NCBI GenBank assembly: GCA_002633005.1
Contig: NMRA01000152.1
Coordinates: 560,492 to 624,491 of the forward strand
Reading direction: 5' to 3'
DNA length: 64,000 bases
DNA from: Phoronis australis
Taxonomy: Eukaryota > Animalia > Phoronida
Below are positions 53,111 through 64,000 of this stretch, piece by piece. Numbering within the stretch: the first letter of the stretch is position 1; each line of letters opens with the position of its first letter. A program made the position numbers and the translations under genes. The notes beneath the pieces are model-generated. The model ran no database searches, was not told the DNA's origin, and saw only the letters and a program-made list of their open reading frames with translations.

Positions 53111-56100
53111 AATCTAAGCTCAAGGTAAAGAAAGCAACAAGTTGACGTTGCCACAAAAATGAATACGTGAAACCCAAAATACATTGTATACGACACGAAG
53201 CAGACTTTTGTATTCCCATTTTGCATTGTTGGTTTTTTTCTACTCAAATGGTTGCTGTTATTGTTGTTGATATTGTTGTTGTTGTTGTTGTTTGTTTTTA
53301 TTTCCGCTATTGTTGTTCATTGATGTTTTCACGCGGAAGTGATAATTTATAGGAAGTGTCAATCACGAAGTTCTTTTTGGAGAATACGTGAAGGGTTCTT
53401 CATAAACAGTAACTTGACTTCCAACTTGCGCGTGCTTTTTAAAAAGCACGCGCAACAATACTCGACCTCCCGGCATTAGGATCGTAGCTAAGCGGGATTG
53501 TACTTATCTTTAGGCCTTCCTTTTCAAGCGTATTTTACATAACTGGGTTGGACGACCTAGCCATTTTGGGCAAACTGCCCTAAGTTGAGCTGCAAAGCTT
53601 TCGGGCGCAGTGAACTAGTGGAATGTTTTTAATATACGTTCAATAACCGCCAGGAGTGTAACCCCGAGGGCACTCCCATAAAAGAAATGATGTACAGACC
53701 GTGTCGTTCAGAAGAAAAACTTGTTGGTTTACGATTCAATTTCCGGCAAAACAATTTACTTTGTGAGTTTGAAATTCTACCTCAAGTTTCTCTTCTGTTC
53801 TGAACTTCAAATCTATATAATGTACTAAATATTATCTATATGTTTCAACATTTGGTTAAAAAATGTATACTCATCTTTAGCGACACGTCATGTCTTCCTG
53901 GTCTTCAAGCTTAAAGGAAATTTACTTTTGCCATTTTTGACAGCTTTTTGTACATTGCCAATCAGAAAATGAGTCGTCTAAGGCGACTTTCGGACAACAC
54001 GAACAAATGGATCTTGCGCCTCATCCAGCGGTAAATCGGTGAATTAAATATTGCACTGGAACAATGTTCCACACATTCCCGAAGAAATCGTCAGTTCTCC
54101 AACTATGGATGACACTGAAATATAGGCAAGGAAATTTTGCCTGTTATTCAACCTAACTTGAAACAAAGTAAAAAACTTCGCTCCAAGCTTTTTACTGAGT
54201 TGGACATTTCTCCAAAGTCAGCGCTCCTGAAATCGCTGATCAAGCATCTAGAATATCCACGAATGTCCTCTTTTTTCTCAAACGGTGCGATATATTATTA
54301 CGGCGTTTCCAGCAATCAGTGAGACCTCAGATGCAATAGGTTTAAAAATAGGTTTCGTGAATACTTTGACGTGTCAATTTGTTTTGACGTTTTATACATA
54401 TTCATAGGTGTAAAAAGTTCCCTCTCAAAGTTGCACATTTTCGTGTAATTTGCCAATGAATTTCGAGAAATGGGAACCTAGAGATATGGAGTCCGTGAGC
54501 ATTGTGTCATTATAGATAAAAATATTGTCTGAGGAATTCAAACAAACACACTTAATCACTACTTTGACACAATAAGCAAAAGAGACGAACAGAATAAGGC
54601 CAAATGGCAATAAAAGCAATAGGGTTTTGATAATGCGATTTTGATGTTCATACTAAACATATGACGAAATAAAGTTTTCAAGCTGTGTACTTCTGTCTCA
54701 ATAAATTTCGTTATTTTTTGTTTTAAATAATTCTTTTATTCATGACGAAATATGTGTGAATTTCAAATAGAATTCGTTTTATCCTTACGACTGCATTTTT
54801 CTATTTAAAATCGCTGCTTTTTCGGAAGCCCTTCCTAGCACATAAAACTTGTTCACTGTCGATGTGTCAATCAAATCAAATTTGTCCTACAATACGTAGC
54901 CCTATTGTTGATCAGTAAACTACGCTGGTCTCCTGACACGCCATTTCGTTCCTGGTCAGCTGCAGTGCCCCCAGTATACTATTCACTGTTGATAACCGAT
55001 ATATATTGATAACATAGTTCGTAAACGAAAAGGACTAAGTGCTAAGTCCACAGACAAAGTCTGACCCCAAGGTACGACACGAATTTATTCCTCTGGGTTC
55101 TTATATGGCCTTTCTCACTGTAAGAGTCCTTTAAAGTCAATGGTAACGCTTTTGAAACACTTTGTGCGAGCTTAGTGAAACTATAAGTAACATGAAGCAT
55201 AAATTGTGTTATTCGATGTTGATTGAGACATGTAAGAGGCAAAAGTTTTATCCAAATTTACCAAATAATTCGAATTTTAATTTGTACCCCTAAATTGTAC
55301 ATTCTTACTCAATTGCAATGTTCCTGTATATGAAGAGACATATTACATCAATGTGATGAAAATTGTCGGAACAGTTGATTTTTTAAAAATTAAAGAAATA
55401 TTTGAACTTCATACAAGTGGCTTTGTTTTCATGCATAGTTTTCTTAACAACTGTCTAGCTAAAAAAATAGCCATTTTAAGTGTCTAAGTACACCAAAAGA
55501 ACTCTGTTTGTGGTTTGTTAAGGCACATGATCTTGTTACGCCTATCGCAGCCCTTGTAGTTGTCATATCGCGCAACCAACTTGTGCTCCGTTGGGGGAAA
55601 GTAGGCGAGCACTCGCGAGCGCTCGCGATAGGATAGGCTGTTTCTAAACCCTGTTTTGATGATTTTAACTAATCCTCGTTATGTCACCTACTATTGAATT
55701 ATTGGCGTCAATCGTGAAAGATAAACATAAGGAAACAACAAAAACTCACGCTCCCTAGATCATACACTCTTTCACAGTACTACGAATGTACTGTGGAATG
55801 TTCTTTAACATGGCTTCTTATTGGATGAAATAATGTAACCGACGTCATAACATTCAGTCATTCCCATTGGTTGAAATCTGGAAAACCTCTTTCAGTTTAT
55901 TCTTACTTAATGTGCCGACCATCTTTGACTGGCTTGAATAGTTAAAATGGGCAGTGATCGAATTTAACAAAACCAAGGGAACCCCTATCCAGTGGCTGAA
56001 GCCCAACAAGTACAGTGCATAAAGGCGTGTGCAAGTTGTATACTTCCGACCAAGGCATGCGCAATGATGCCCACACACGTAATTTCGTGTGTCGTTCATC

Positions 56101-56883
56101 ATGTTTCCACAGGGCCACTTTTCAGTATAGGTGGCGGTGTGTCAGAGGGTACGGTCACAGCTTGGATATTATGGTTCTTGGTGGGCGTTCTTTTCCCCAC
56201 AGTTCCTTTATAATTCGCTAAAAGCGTAGGTCACCCTTGCCCGTTTAACAGACTTCGAAAGGAGTTTTCAAATTTCCTCCACACTTTTGAGGGTTGTCGA
56301 GGGTTACAGAGGATTATTTTGCTTCGGGGAATTGAATGGGAAAGTCGTTTTTAACATCTGTTAAAAAATCCAAAACTGGATGTGGTATCCTTTAAAGATT
56401 CCAAGATAGCGTCCAACGTGTTCGGGAGTTTCACTAATCGACAACCTTGAGCAACAGCAATGATCCCGTGGGGCATGCGCTGGAAGCAGACGACAATGTC
56501 GGAGGTAATTGTCGTAAATTAGGTGCAGGAATGAATAATCTAATTTAATTTGCTTATGCTTGCTTTATATTGATTACAGGGACCTTTCTTTGTTCATGTT
56601 ATTCGTCTCCAGATACGCCACTGCTTTATGCGGGAATAAATAAAAAACATATTCAGTACCAATGGATACACTGTTTTAGTTACAAGCAAGTTGCTTGCAT
56701 AACCACCAAACGAGCGTGGCAATTAAAGTTCCATCCAATCGCTGTTCGGTCCACCCTGTACAAGTATACGTTGGCGTCACCTCTCGTCACTACTTGACAC
56801 ATACGCATGACTAGCATGCAGGAATTGTTCAATACCGGTGTGGCCAACTCTTGCAGAGAAAACTAAGGAGGATAGCGCTGATC

Positions 56884-57114
56884 ATGTCAACGGTAAAGTT
56901 GAACACTTGCTATTTCGCACTACTAACCGTCTTCATTTGTCGGTTTGAAACCGCAACCACGACGAGACTTCGTTCAAATGATGTACTGTCGCGGAATAAA
57001 CGTGGTGCGACAGATATGATATCCAACCAAATGAAAAAGGACCTACTTGACAAGCATAATGAACTCAGAAGACAAGAACAGAAAAGCGAAGGAGTCTCTA
57101 ATATGCAGTATATG
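56884..57114 (+). CDS. First exon of a secreted CAP/SCP (cysteine-rich secretory, PI16/GLIPR-like) protein; remaining exons not found in the window
   Basis: Signal peptide MSTVKLNTCYFALLTVFICRFETA, furin-type site RNKR, CAP start motif LLDKHNELRR..SNMQYM, then donor GTAAGA (phase 0) just before the expected W. Confidence 0.85.
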
Positions 57115-58175
57115 GTAAGAACTGGAATCAAGTCGGTAGCAGAGTCCATTCGACAAACGGTCAATTCTAAAACTCGCACTGAAATTAATTGGTGACATGT
57201 GTACGCGTATTGCATAGCAGGTAATCTTTTTATATCTTACGTTTTGCTTTGCTTACTGGAGATAGATTTCAGACACTGCGAATTGCAGAACTTTTGGATT
57301 AGTTATTGTTACATTGCTTCAGTCATTTCATAGCATCATTACCCTTGACTACCTCATTCGTTACCATGGAAACACTGTTCACAATTACGTCGCTGCCGTC
57401 GTTTACGTGAATGGTTCATCCTCGCAGATGTTTTTCTGTAACTTTCTTCTGGCACATTGTCTTCTTTGTTTTGGGGTTGCAATCATCAATTCGGGTAAAT
57501 AGCTTTTTATTCAGTGACTTTCATGGTTAGTGTTTAATTCGTTCTTAAAGGGGACACAGCATTTATTCGTTTTATTATTCATTGGTTATTGTTTATAGCA
57601 TACACGAAAAGATGAAATGTCACCATGGCAATTGTATAAGACGCGCTGATGTCTATATTGTGTGTTTGATGTATTTAGGGGTGTGGAAAACTTTATACGT
57701 GTTATTGATGGATTATTTAATATACATTAATTAACAAAACAATCGTAACATGGAAAATTGAAAAATTTTTAAACACCAGAACTCGTGTAAGGTTATGTAA
57801 TGAAATGTGTACATTAAACATTGGCGCATCTTATGTAGTGGTGTGGATTGTCAGATTTCAGCTAGTCGATTTTGAAAAGATGCTTGACTTGAACGCTTCA
57901 AGAACACCCATAAAGAAAGTCTACAGCCTCCTTCAATTTAAATGCTAGCAATTTAAAGCCGTTTTATACAAGTTTACAAGTTTTAATTAAAATTGATAAT
58001 CGACATCCGCATGTATTTTCTTTAACTTGAAACGCGACTATGACATAACCTCCGATGATTTGTTTAAGTTAATACAGTTTGCTTTCCACATTTCCGGTTA
58101 CAGGAATATTTCGGACTTTAAAATGTAAATGTTAGCTATACTGAGAATGGTTTCAAAAATATTTCAGAGTTTTTT

Positions 58176-59997
58176 CCATAAGGCTCAGTGATTAATGTCC
58201 CTAAACATCAACACAAAATACCCACAAAATCAAACCTAACGTAAGATTTCAAACTCAGCTCGAGGACAGTAGGCTCAGGATACGAAAACATCCCAAATAG
58301 TTTGTAAACGCAAGTGAACAAAAATAATCACGACTATAACGAAATATGGCATATTTACAAAAGTTGATTCCACTTCACCAAAAATAACAACTCCTTTCAT
58401 ATTGGAGCAATTCATGAAATTCAACATAACAACCAACAACCGCTGAAAAAACTTCAATCGTTAAAGCATGAATATTTGAAATCTTTCTGGCATGTCTGTC
58501 ATCCGTATCTCCTGATCTAGATCGGTGAACCGGTCCCGTTCCAGTTCACTTGGCTCAACCACCTGTAAATGATTGCGAAATCACACAGGTGTATATTTGT
58601 CAAGCTCAGAAAATCAGTCAAAGAAGCTGCTATGCAGTGTTGTAGTGGTAGAATTAGAAAGCCAATCGTATCGCCTTGAGCGCTGAATTTTAAAAGTACA
58701 TTGAGCTCCCAAAACCTGACTCACACACGTGTAGGCTTACTTTTGACTCAAGGGTGGGCTTTTACATAGAGTCTGAAGTGGCGGATCTAGGATGTCAGAG
58801 AAAGAGGGTCCAATCACACTTATTCAAAGGCAAAGGTCCACGTGCATTATAAGCGGTCTTTGAAGGGGGCCCAGACACAATTATAAAGGAAAATAGGGGC
58901 GCAACGCCCAGAAACGATATGCGGAAGGTGATTTTTAGTCGCCGATGGGGTGTGCCCTCGGGGCCCTTCGCCAACCCCCAAGTTTATCCACCAATGGTGT
59001 GAACCATAACTGTTTGTTTATCTTGAAATATTAATAAAAATTCCATTACTCAGCGAGCATACATGTGGGCCAGGTAGTCGCGCGCGCCGAAATGTTCGAA
59101 AACAAGGCTGTCGTCAGCCTAGCGCATTGATGCCGTAAGCTATCGTATAGAGACTAGTCCCCACCACACCGTCACTCACGACGCGTAGACACTACGTTAA
59201 AATGTAAAAAGGTGGTTGCTACGATAAAATGTAAAAAGGTGGTTGGTTGCTACTACGCGCGCTTACGCCCCACTATAGCGTAACTTATGGTGGGTAGGCA
59301 CCACGCTAAAAAGCAAAAAAGTGGTTGGCTGCGCCTACATGTAAGTACGTCTACGCACCGCTACAGCACTGCTGCCTTTAACAGAGAGACTGTTTTACCT
59401 TAAACATAAACAAACGCGACGAGATGGTCTGCTTCATTTGTAAGCATTCAACACAATACCTACCAAAACGCCTAAGCCTAAGTAGCTCCTGTTTAACTTT
59501 ACGCCAAGATTAGTTCGTAACATATCAGTCGTTTCAATCCAATACGAAGAAAAGTTGATGAAAGATGCTTATCCAAGAAAATTACTTTTTGCTTAAAAGC
59601 TGCTACAAGACAGCCTTCGGCCAAAGAGACTAACTTTCAATTTACAGGACTTAAATTTTGGAAATTTTCTAAAATTTTGGTAGCTGTAAACAACTGGATC
59701 GTTTCGAAAGCTGGTGAATCCCTTGAACTGATCTTACATGAGGTATTGTTTGGCAGGAACGATGCAGAACCTTTTATTAACTTGATCATATGTTTGGTCA
59801 AATATCGTATTTATATGGCGAGATTGAACTCTAGTGCTCCGTGTTTGCTGCTACTCCAAAAAGAACTCGCTAGATATAGATAGCTTAAAAAGGTAATTTT
59901 CTGTAATAATAGTGATTTTGAAGTATTCGTTGAAAGGTGGGCCCCTACGATTAATCTATTTGGCTAATTTTTGTCTTTGACAATATTCTTATCCCGT
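58176..59997 (-). pseudogene. Diverged duplicate of SPT6 exon 7 (58476-58562) with flanking intron sequence
   Basis: Colinear with 28198-29305. Encodes [29 protein letters not shown] versus [29 protein letters not shown]. Acceptor kept, donor GT changed to AT. Confidence 0.9.
58635..59371. mobile_element. Non-autonomous hAT-like element inserted in the SPT6 relic
   Basis: TIRs cagtgttgtagtgg / ccgctacagcactg. Absent from the homologous site near 28790. Flanks ctgctatg / ctgccttt resemble a decayed 8-bp TSD (empty site ctgctaat). Confidence 0.7.
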
Positions 59998-60447
59998 GCT
60001 GGGAGTGGTTAGAAAAATATTTCAGAGGTGTCATAAAAAATACTGTAAAATTTCACCAATTTCGGTCACAGTAATTTCCAAAACTATGTTTTGTATTTGC
60101 AAAGACTTCTAAGTTTGCTGTTAAATGCCCACAGTTTTCCAAAGTATTGTCTGACGGTAGCTGGTAGGGCATTCACTTGGTGCTATGAGTCGTTTATGGA
60201 AAAATGATAAAATGTCATTTCACTTGCCCGCTATATTTTGTCCTAAAGAGGTAACATCTTACCTTACAGTTAACATAACGGCACACTGAGCGCTTAAGCG
60301 TTTTTTGTTTCGTCGTACTTTTGTGATAATAATCTTCGTATATGGCCCACTGCTGCGGTGTAACGACAACTGATTAAAAATACGAGACTTGTATTGCGTC
60401 AATATTTGTCATTCTGTCGCTCGAACATTTGTTATACTCGTACACAC

Positions 60448-60637
60448 CTTATTCACAAAGACGTCGCCATTTTAAAAGTGAACCTCTTTTTAGGTTTTAA
60501 AAACAACGCATTCTGCGCTTAAACACGGCGCAAAGCGTGATTTTTTCGCGTGCCTCGTTATATTTATGTCTCAACTGCATTGTTTTTTAAACCTAAAAAA
60601 GGCTCACTATTAAAATGGCGACTGCGTGAATAAGGTC
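60448..60637. mobile_element. MITE with ~60-bp TIRs
   Basis: ccttattcac..gtcgccattttaaaagtgaacctctttttaggttttaaaaacaa versus ttgttttttaaacctaaaaaaggctcactattaaaatggcgac..gtgaataagg. Confidence 0.75.
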
Positions 60638-63600
60638 TATTCTTGTTAATCAAACTGCCACAATCTGTCCGGCTGTGTGTGTGAGAAGAACATCAATAAA
60701 GTGGATTAATACTCAAAAGAGTCGCGATGTCAACAAATGTTTGAGTAAATTGGAAATAGAAACAAGAAATATTAATACAAAACACTGGCCTCAGGCTGCC
60801 ATGTCTAGCAAAACACTCATGTGTATTGGACTTTGAAATGCTGAATATTGCAACAATGCTAGAGTAGGGTAACAAATTACGTACTATAGTATTACATAAA
60901 CATTAACTAGTGGAGAAGTTTTGCACCCAATACGTTTGTTTATTTTAACTTCTGTTGATACTGTCGCATAAATCGTTATTTATTTATTTATTCATTTATT
61001 TGATATATTAAAATGTCTGGCATCGAGTCTTAAAAGTTAGCAACCGCCAGAGCTCAAAACTTGTACCATGCAATCACGATATTATTTGACCATTTCTCCA
61101 TCACCCAAGTTGACCCACCCCGGGGATATTTTTACAGGCACCACGATCCACTGGTTCAGTCTTAGGAATCTGATAAGACGGTACGAAATGGGCTATTGTA
61201 GGCACTGGCCTAAAACTTAAAGTGACCTCTGACTGGCCTGTGGGTGTTTTGGAAACACTATTCATGTTATTCTTCTAAGTTCAGTCTTCTACTTTTCATT
61301 ATGGGGAGTATTTCAAACAGGTATGTGCAGAAGGGCTCAATAACATGTACTTAGTTCTTCCACTGTTTTGCAAATGCGAGTCGCGTTGTTGCAGAAGACC
61401 CGGCAATGCCTGATTATCCATTAAGCAAAGCTACAACTTGAGGCCTCGCATAGCCAGTTTAGGGCCTCCACTTTGTACTGCAGCTCCAGGGTCCCCTTGA
61501 TAGTTCTAGTGACCAGGGTGGTGGTGAAAAGTTTGAACAGTGTTATTTTAATCCTGCATTATGGCAAACGCTGATTAGTGCAATTTGTTACGTAAAGTCA
61601 CTCGCGTTTTTGTAAACAGCCGTCAGCTTTAGGTACGGTATATTCTCCTTTGGCGATACATAATCCCCACTCGACGCACATGATGGACTCAGTCCATGTT
61701 CTGGAGAGGGAGTCTGGGGAAACAGCGTCGGTCACGGATTTAATGGCCACCCATGCCGTACGGAATTGAGGTAAACAAAATTCGAAGGTCACTTCTGAAG
61801 CGTGTAGATTAAAGCTGGTACCACCTGCAGAATTTCCAACATTGTCATTCACCTTGCTATTAGTTACGCACAAGCAAACTCAGTTTTCTTTTGTTATGCT
61901 CAGCAGAAATGTGACAAGTCCGCCTAAAAAACGTGACACATGAAGGTTTATTTATTTGGATAACCAACGCGATGAATGCATGTCAATGACGACCAGTGTT
62001 TTGACATTTGACTATACGATAACACTGAAACACTTATGATAACCATCTAGGATCCTAAATTATTAATTATCTAAACGAACAGAGGAATTCGCTGACCTTG
62101 GTCAATTAATCAATATCCTAACATCAGCTAGAGGCTAATCCAGGTTGCTAAATAATTATATGGATTACATCTCACGAAATATCGTGTCCGCAGACCCAAG
62201 TACAAAACTGACTCAGACAAAGCTTCATTCGCTGCTAATTTGCACAAATATTTTCCGAAATCCTCCTCGACAGTTCAAAAGTAGAGCCGTCAAAAACTGG
62301 CTCATAGACATTTGAACATTTAAATTTTTTGATCTTCAAAAACCATGTGTCAAAATATCGTTTTTAAACTATGAAACATTGATTGATATTAATCTCGAAA
62401 CCAATAAATTCTCACTATTGAAATGCAACAGCCACAGAAAAACAATCGCCAACAAAATGCACGAAGCACCGTCGATGACAGTCACCTATGCGTTTTTAAT
62501 GGAGAGCCATTTGAGACCCGACAGACATGAAGTCTGAACATACCGATTCCTTTTTGTGTGTGTGTTTCGCTAAACAAAAGCCTGGCTGCGCATTCTCTTA
62601 CGCACAATGGGTTGATTTTTGTTCGCATTGGTATTGCGTGGATTTGTGTTTTGATTTTGTCGTTTACTTATTTCTGATGCAGCGAAAGACATTGATTCAG
62701 ATCGTGTATCATTTTACTTCTATTTAAAACACAAGCAATTTGTCAATAGGCAGCTTTGTTTAACAAAGGAGCATAATAAAGCAATCACCTTATTCACAAA
62801 ACGTTCCATATTTGGTCTCTATTTGAAACACTTTGATGCCGGCGTTTGATCAAAAGCTCAGTTTACGTCTGCTCCCACATTTCGGCGGGTATCAATGACC
62901 TATCGTGCAGCTCCGGTTCAGGCGGCTGGAGCAGCTATTAATTCACAAAGAGCGTTCAATCGACGACCTCATTGATGGCTTTTTCAACTGTTCTGAAACC
63001 ATTAAGAACCTTCAGTGGTAACTGCAGAAATTTCAATCGCTTAGCTATAAATATTGATCTTGTGCGAAAGAAACCATCACTTTAAGACAGTTCCTTATTT
63101 AGGTTGGAATTTTGTTATTTCGTGCGAATATTTAAATGGTAGCTAAACCTATACATTTAATATTACTGAGCCTATCAAACAACCAGTCCTTTATGGAGGA
63201 ATTACATTGTTTACAGAATTTGGATAACATTTACCTTTATGCAGGTACGTTTACGCATTTACACTTGATATCCACAAAAGCATGCTCTACTACGTGTTGT
63301 TGTTTGGAACGCCATCTAAACGTTTGAACATCCGTTGTATGACTGCAACGGTTCTATTTTGGAAGACAATGCTTCTTCCATTCTGCCATCATGTAGAGGA
63401 TTGAGTTTCGCATGAGCGGACTCATGGCCAACCCTACGGACACGACTTGTAGGGCTCCTACAGATAGTTTCCATCGATAATTTTGTTTGTCAACCCCCCC
63501 CCCCCCCCTTACAATCCGCCAGAGTGACACGTTACCAAGGAAGTGAAAACTAATCCAACTAAACCACGCCAATGTACTTTGATGATTCCAATTATGTATG

Positions 63601-64000
63601 TGCAGATAATATGCTTTACAAACTCGAGGACGTTAACCTCGAAGGCTGACAAGGGATTGACGTGACTTGTTATGTTGTGAAAACTGCGAATGGCTCTCAA
63701 TCTTCAGGCGTACCCGAACAACACACTCTCATTCCGCTCATAAGCCTGTATCAATCGTAACGGCGGACTCATGAAACCCCGCTTACTACACGCCCAAAAG
63801 TGCGGCTTGTGAACTCTAACCTACTAATTAACGTAACTCTTGGACCTCAAAGATGGCACTAAGACAATAAATGCCCACTTCGCAGTGTCATCTGTCGAAA
63901 AAGGTTCGAGATGAGATTTAATTTTGATGACACATTTTGCTGTATTTTAGTATAATTTGGTTTTGCCATTCCAGTCAGTTCAAGTAAATATACATGTATT

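Noticed and set aside
55854-56102. Cys/His pattern HCACLG..TCTRLYAL resembling a SWIM zinc finger
   Set aside because: The conserved His is missing, and no supporting transposase context is visible.
61598-61873. GC-richer ORF-like stretch as the next CAP exon
   Set aside because: No CAP motifs (W..LA..A, GENL, GHYTQ) were seen in the plus frames.

Overview
Intron-rich, AT-rich animal (invertebrate-like) genomic DNA, not prokaryotic. The main feature is a complete 36-coding-exon SPT6/SUPT6H gene on the minus strand (34158->3902). Hand splicing at GT..AG boundaries gives 5181 nt / 1726 aa. Exons 21-23 and the start exon each appear twice next to assembly N's. Also present are the first coding exon of a TMEM120-like gene (minus, 171->34), a secreted multi-Kazal protease-inhibitor gene (minus, 44013->38319) with a second alternative pair of 3' exons, and the first exon of a secreted CAP/SCP-domain gene (plus, 56884). 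The remainder holds many MITEs, Harbinger-type elements, tRNA-derived SINEs and LINE/Penelope relics. The most notable observations are: (1) a minimal hammerhead ribozyme on the sense strand of SPT6 intron 9, preceded in the transcript by its own 68-nt antisense copy; (2) a second, U3-A8 variant hammerhead at the end of a Penelope relic; (3) a Kazal exon cassette that could switch the P1 residue from Lys to Asp; (4) a displaced SPT6 exon-7 relic with mostly synonymous divergence; (5) inverted SINE pairs positioned to form dsRNA or circRNA. All calls come from manual reading; no database search or folding program was run.
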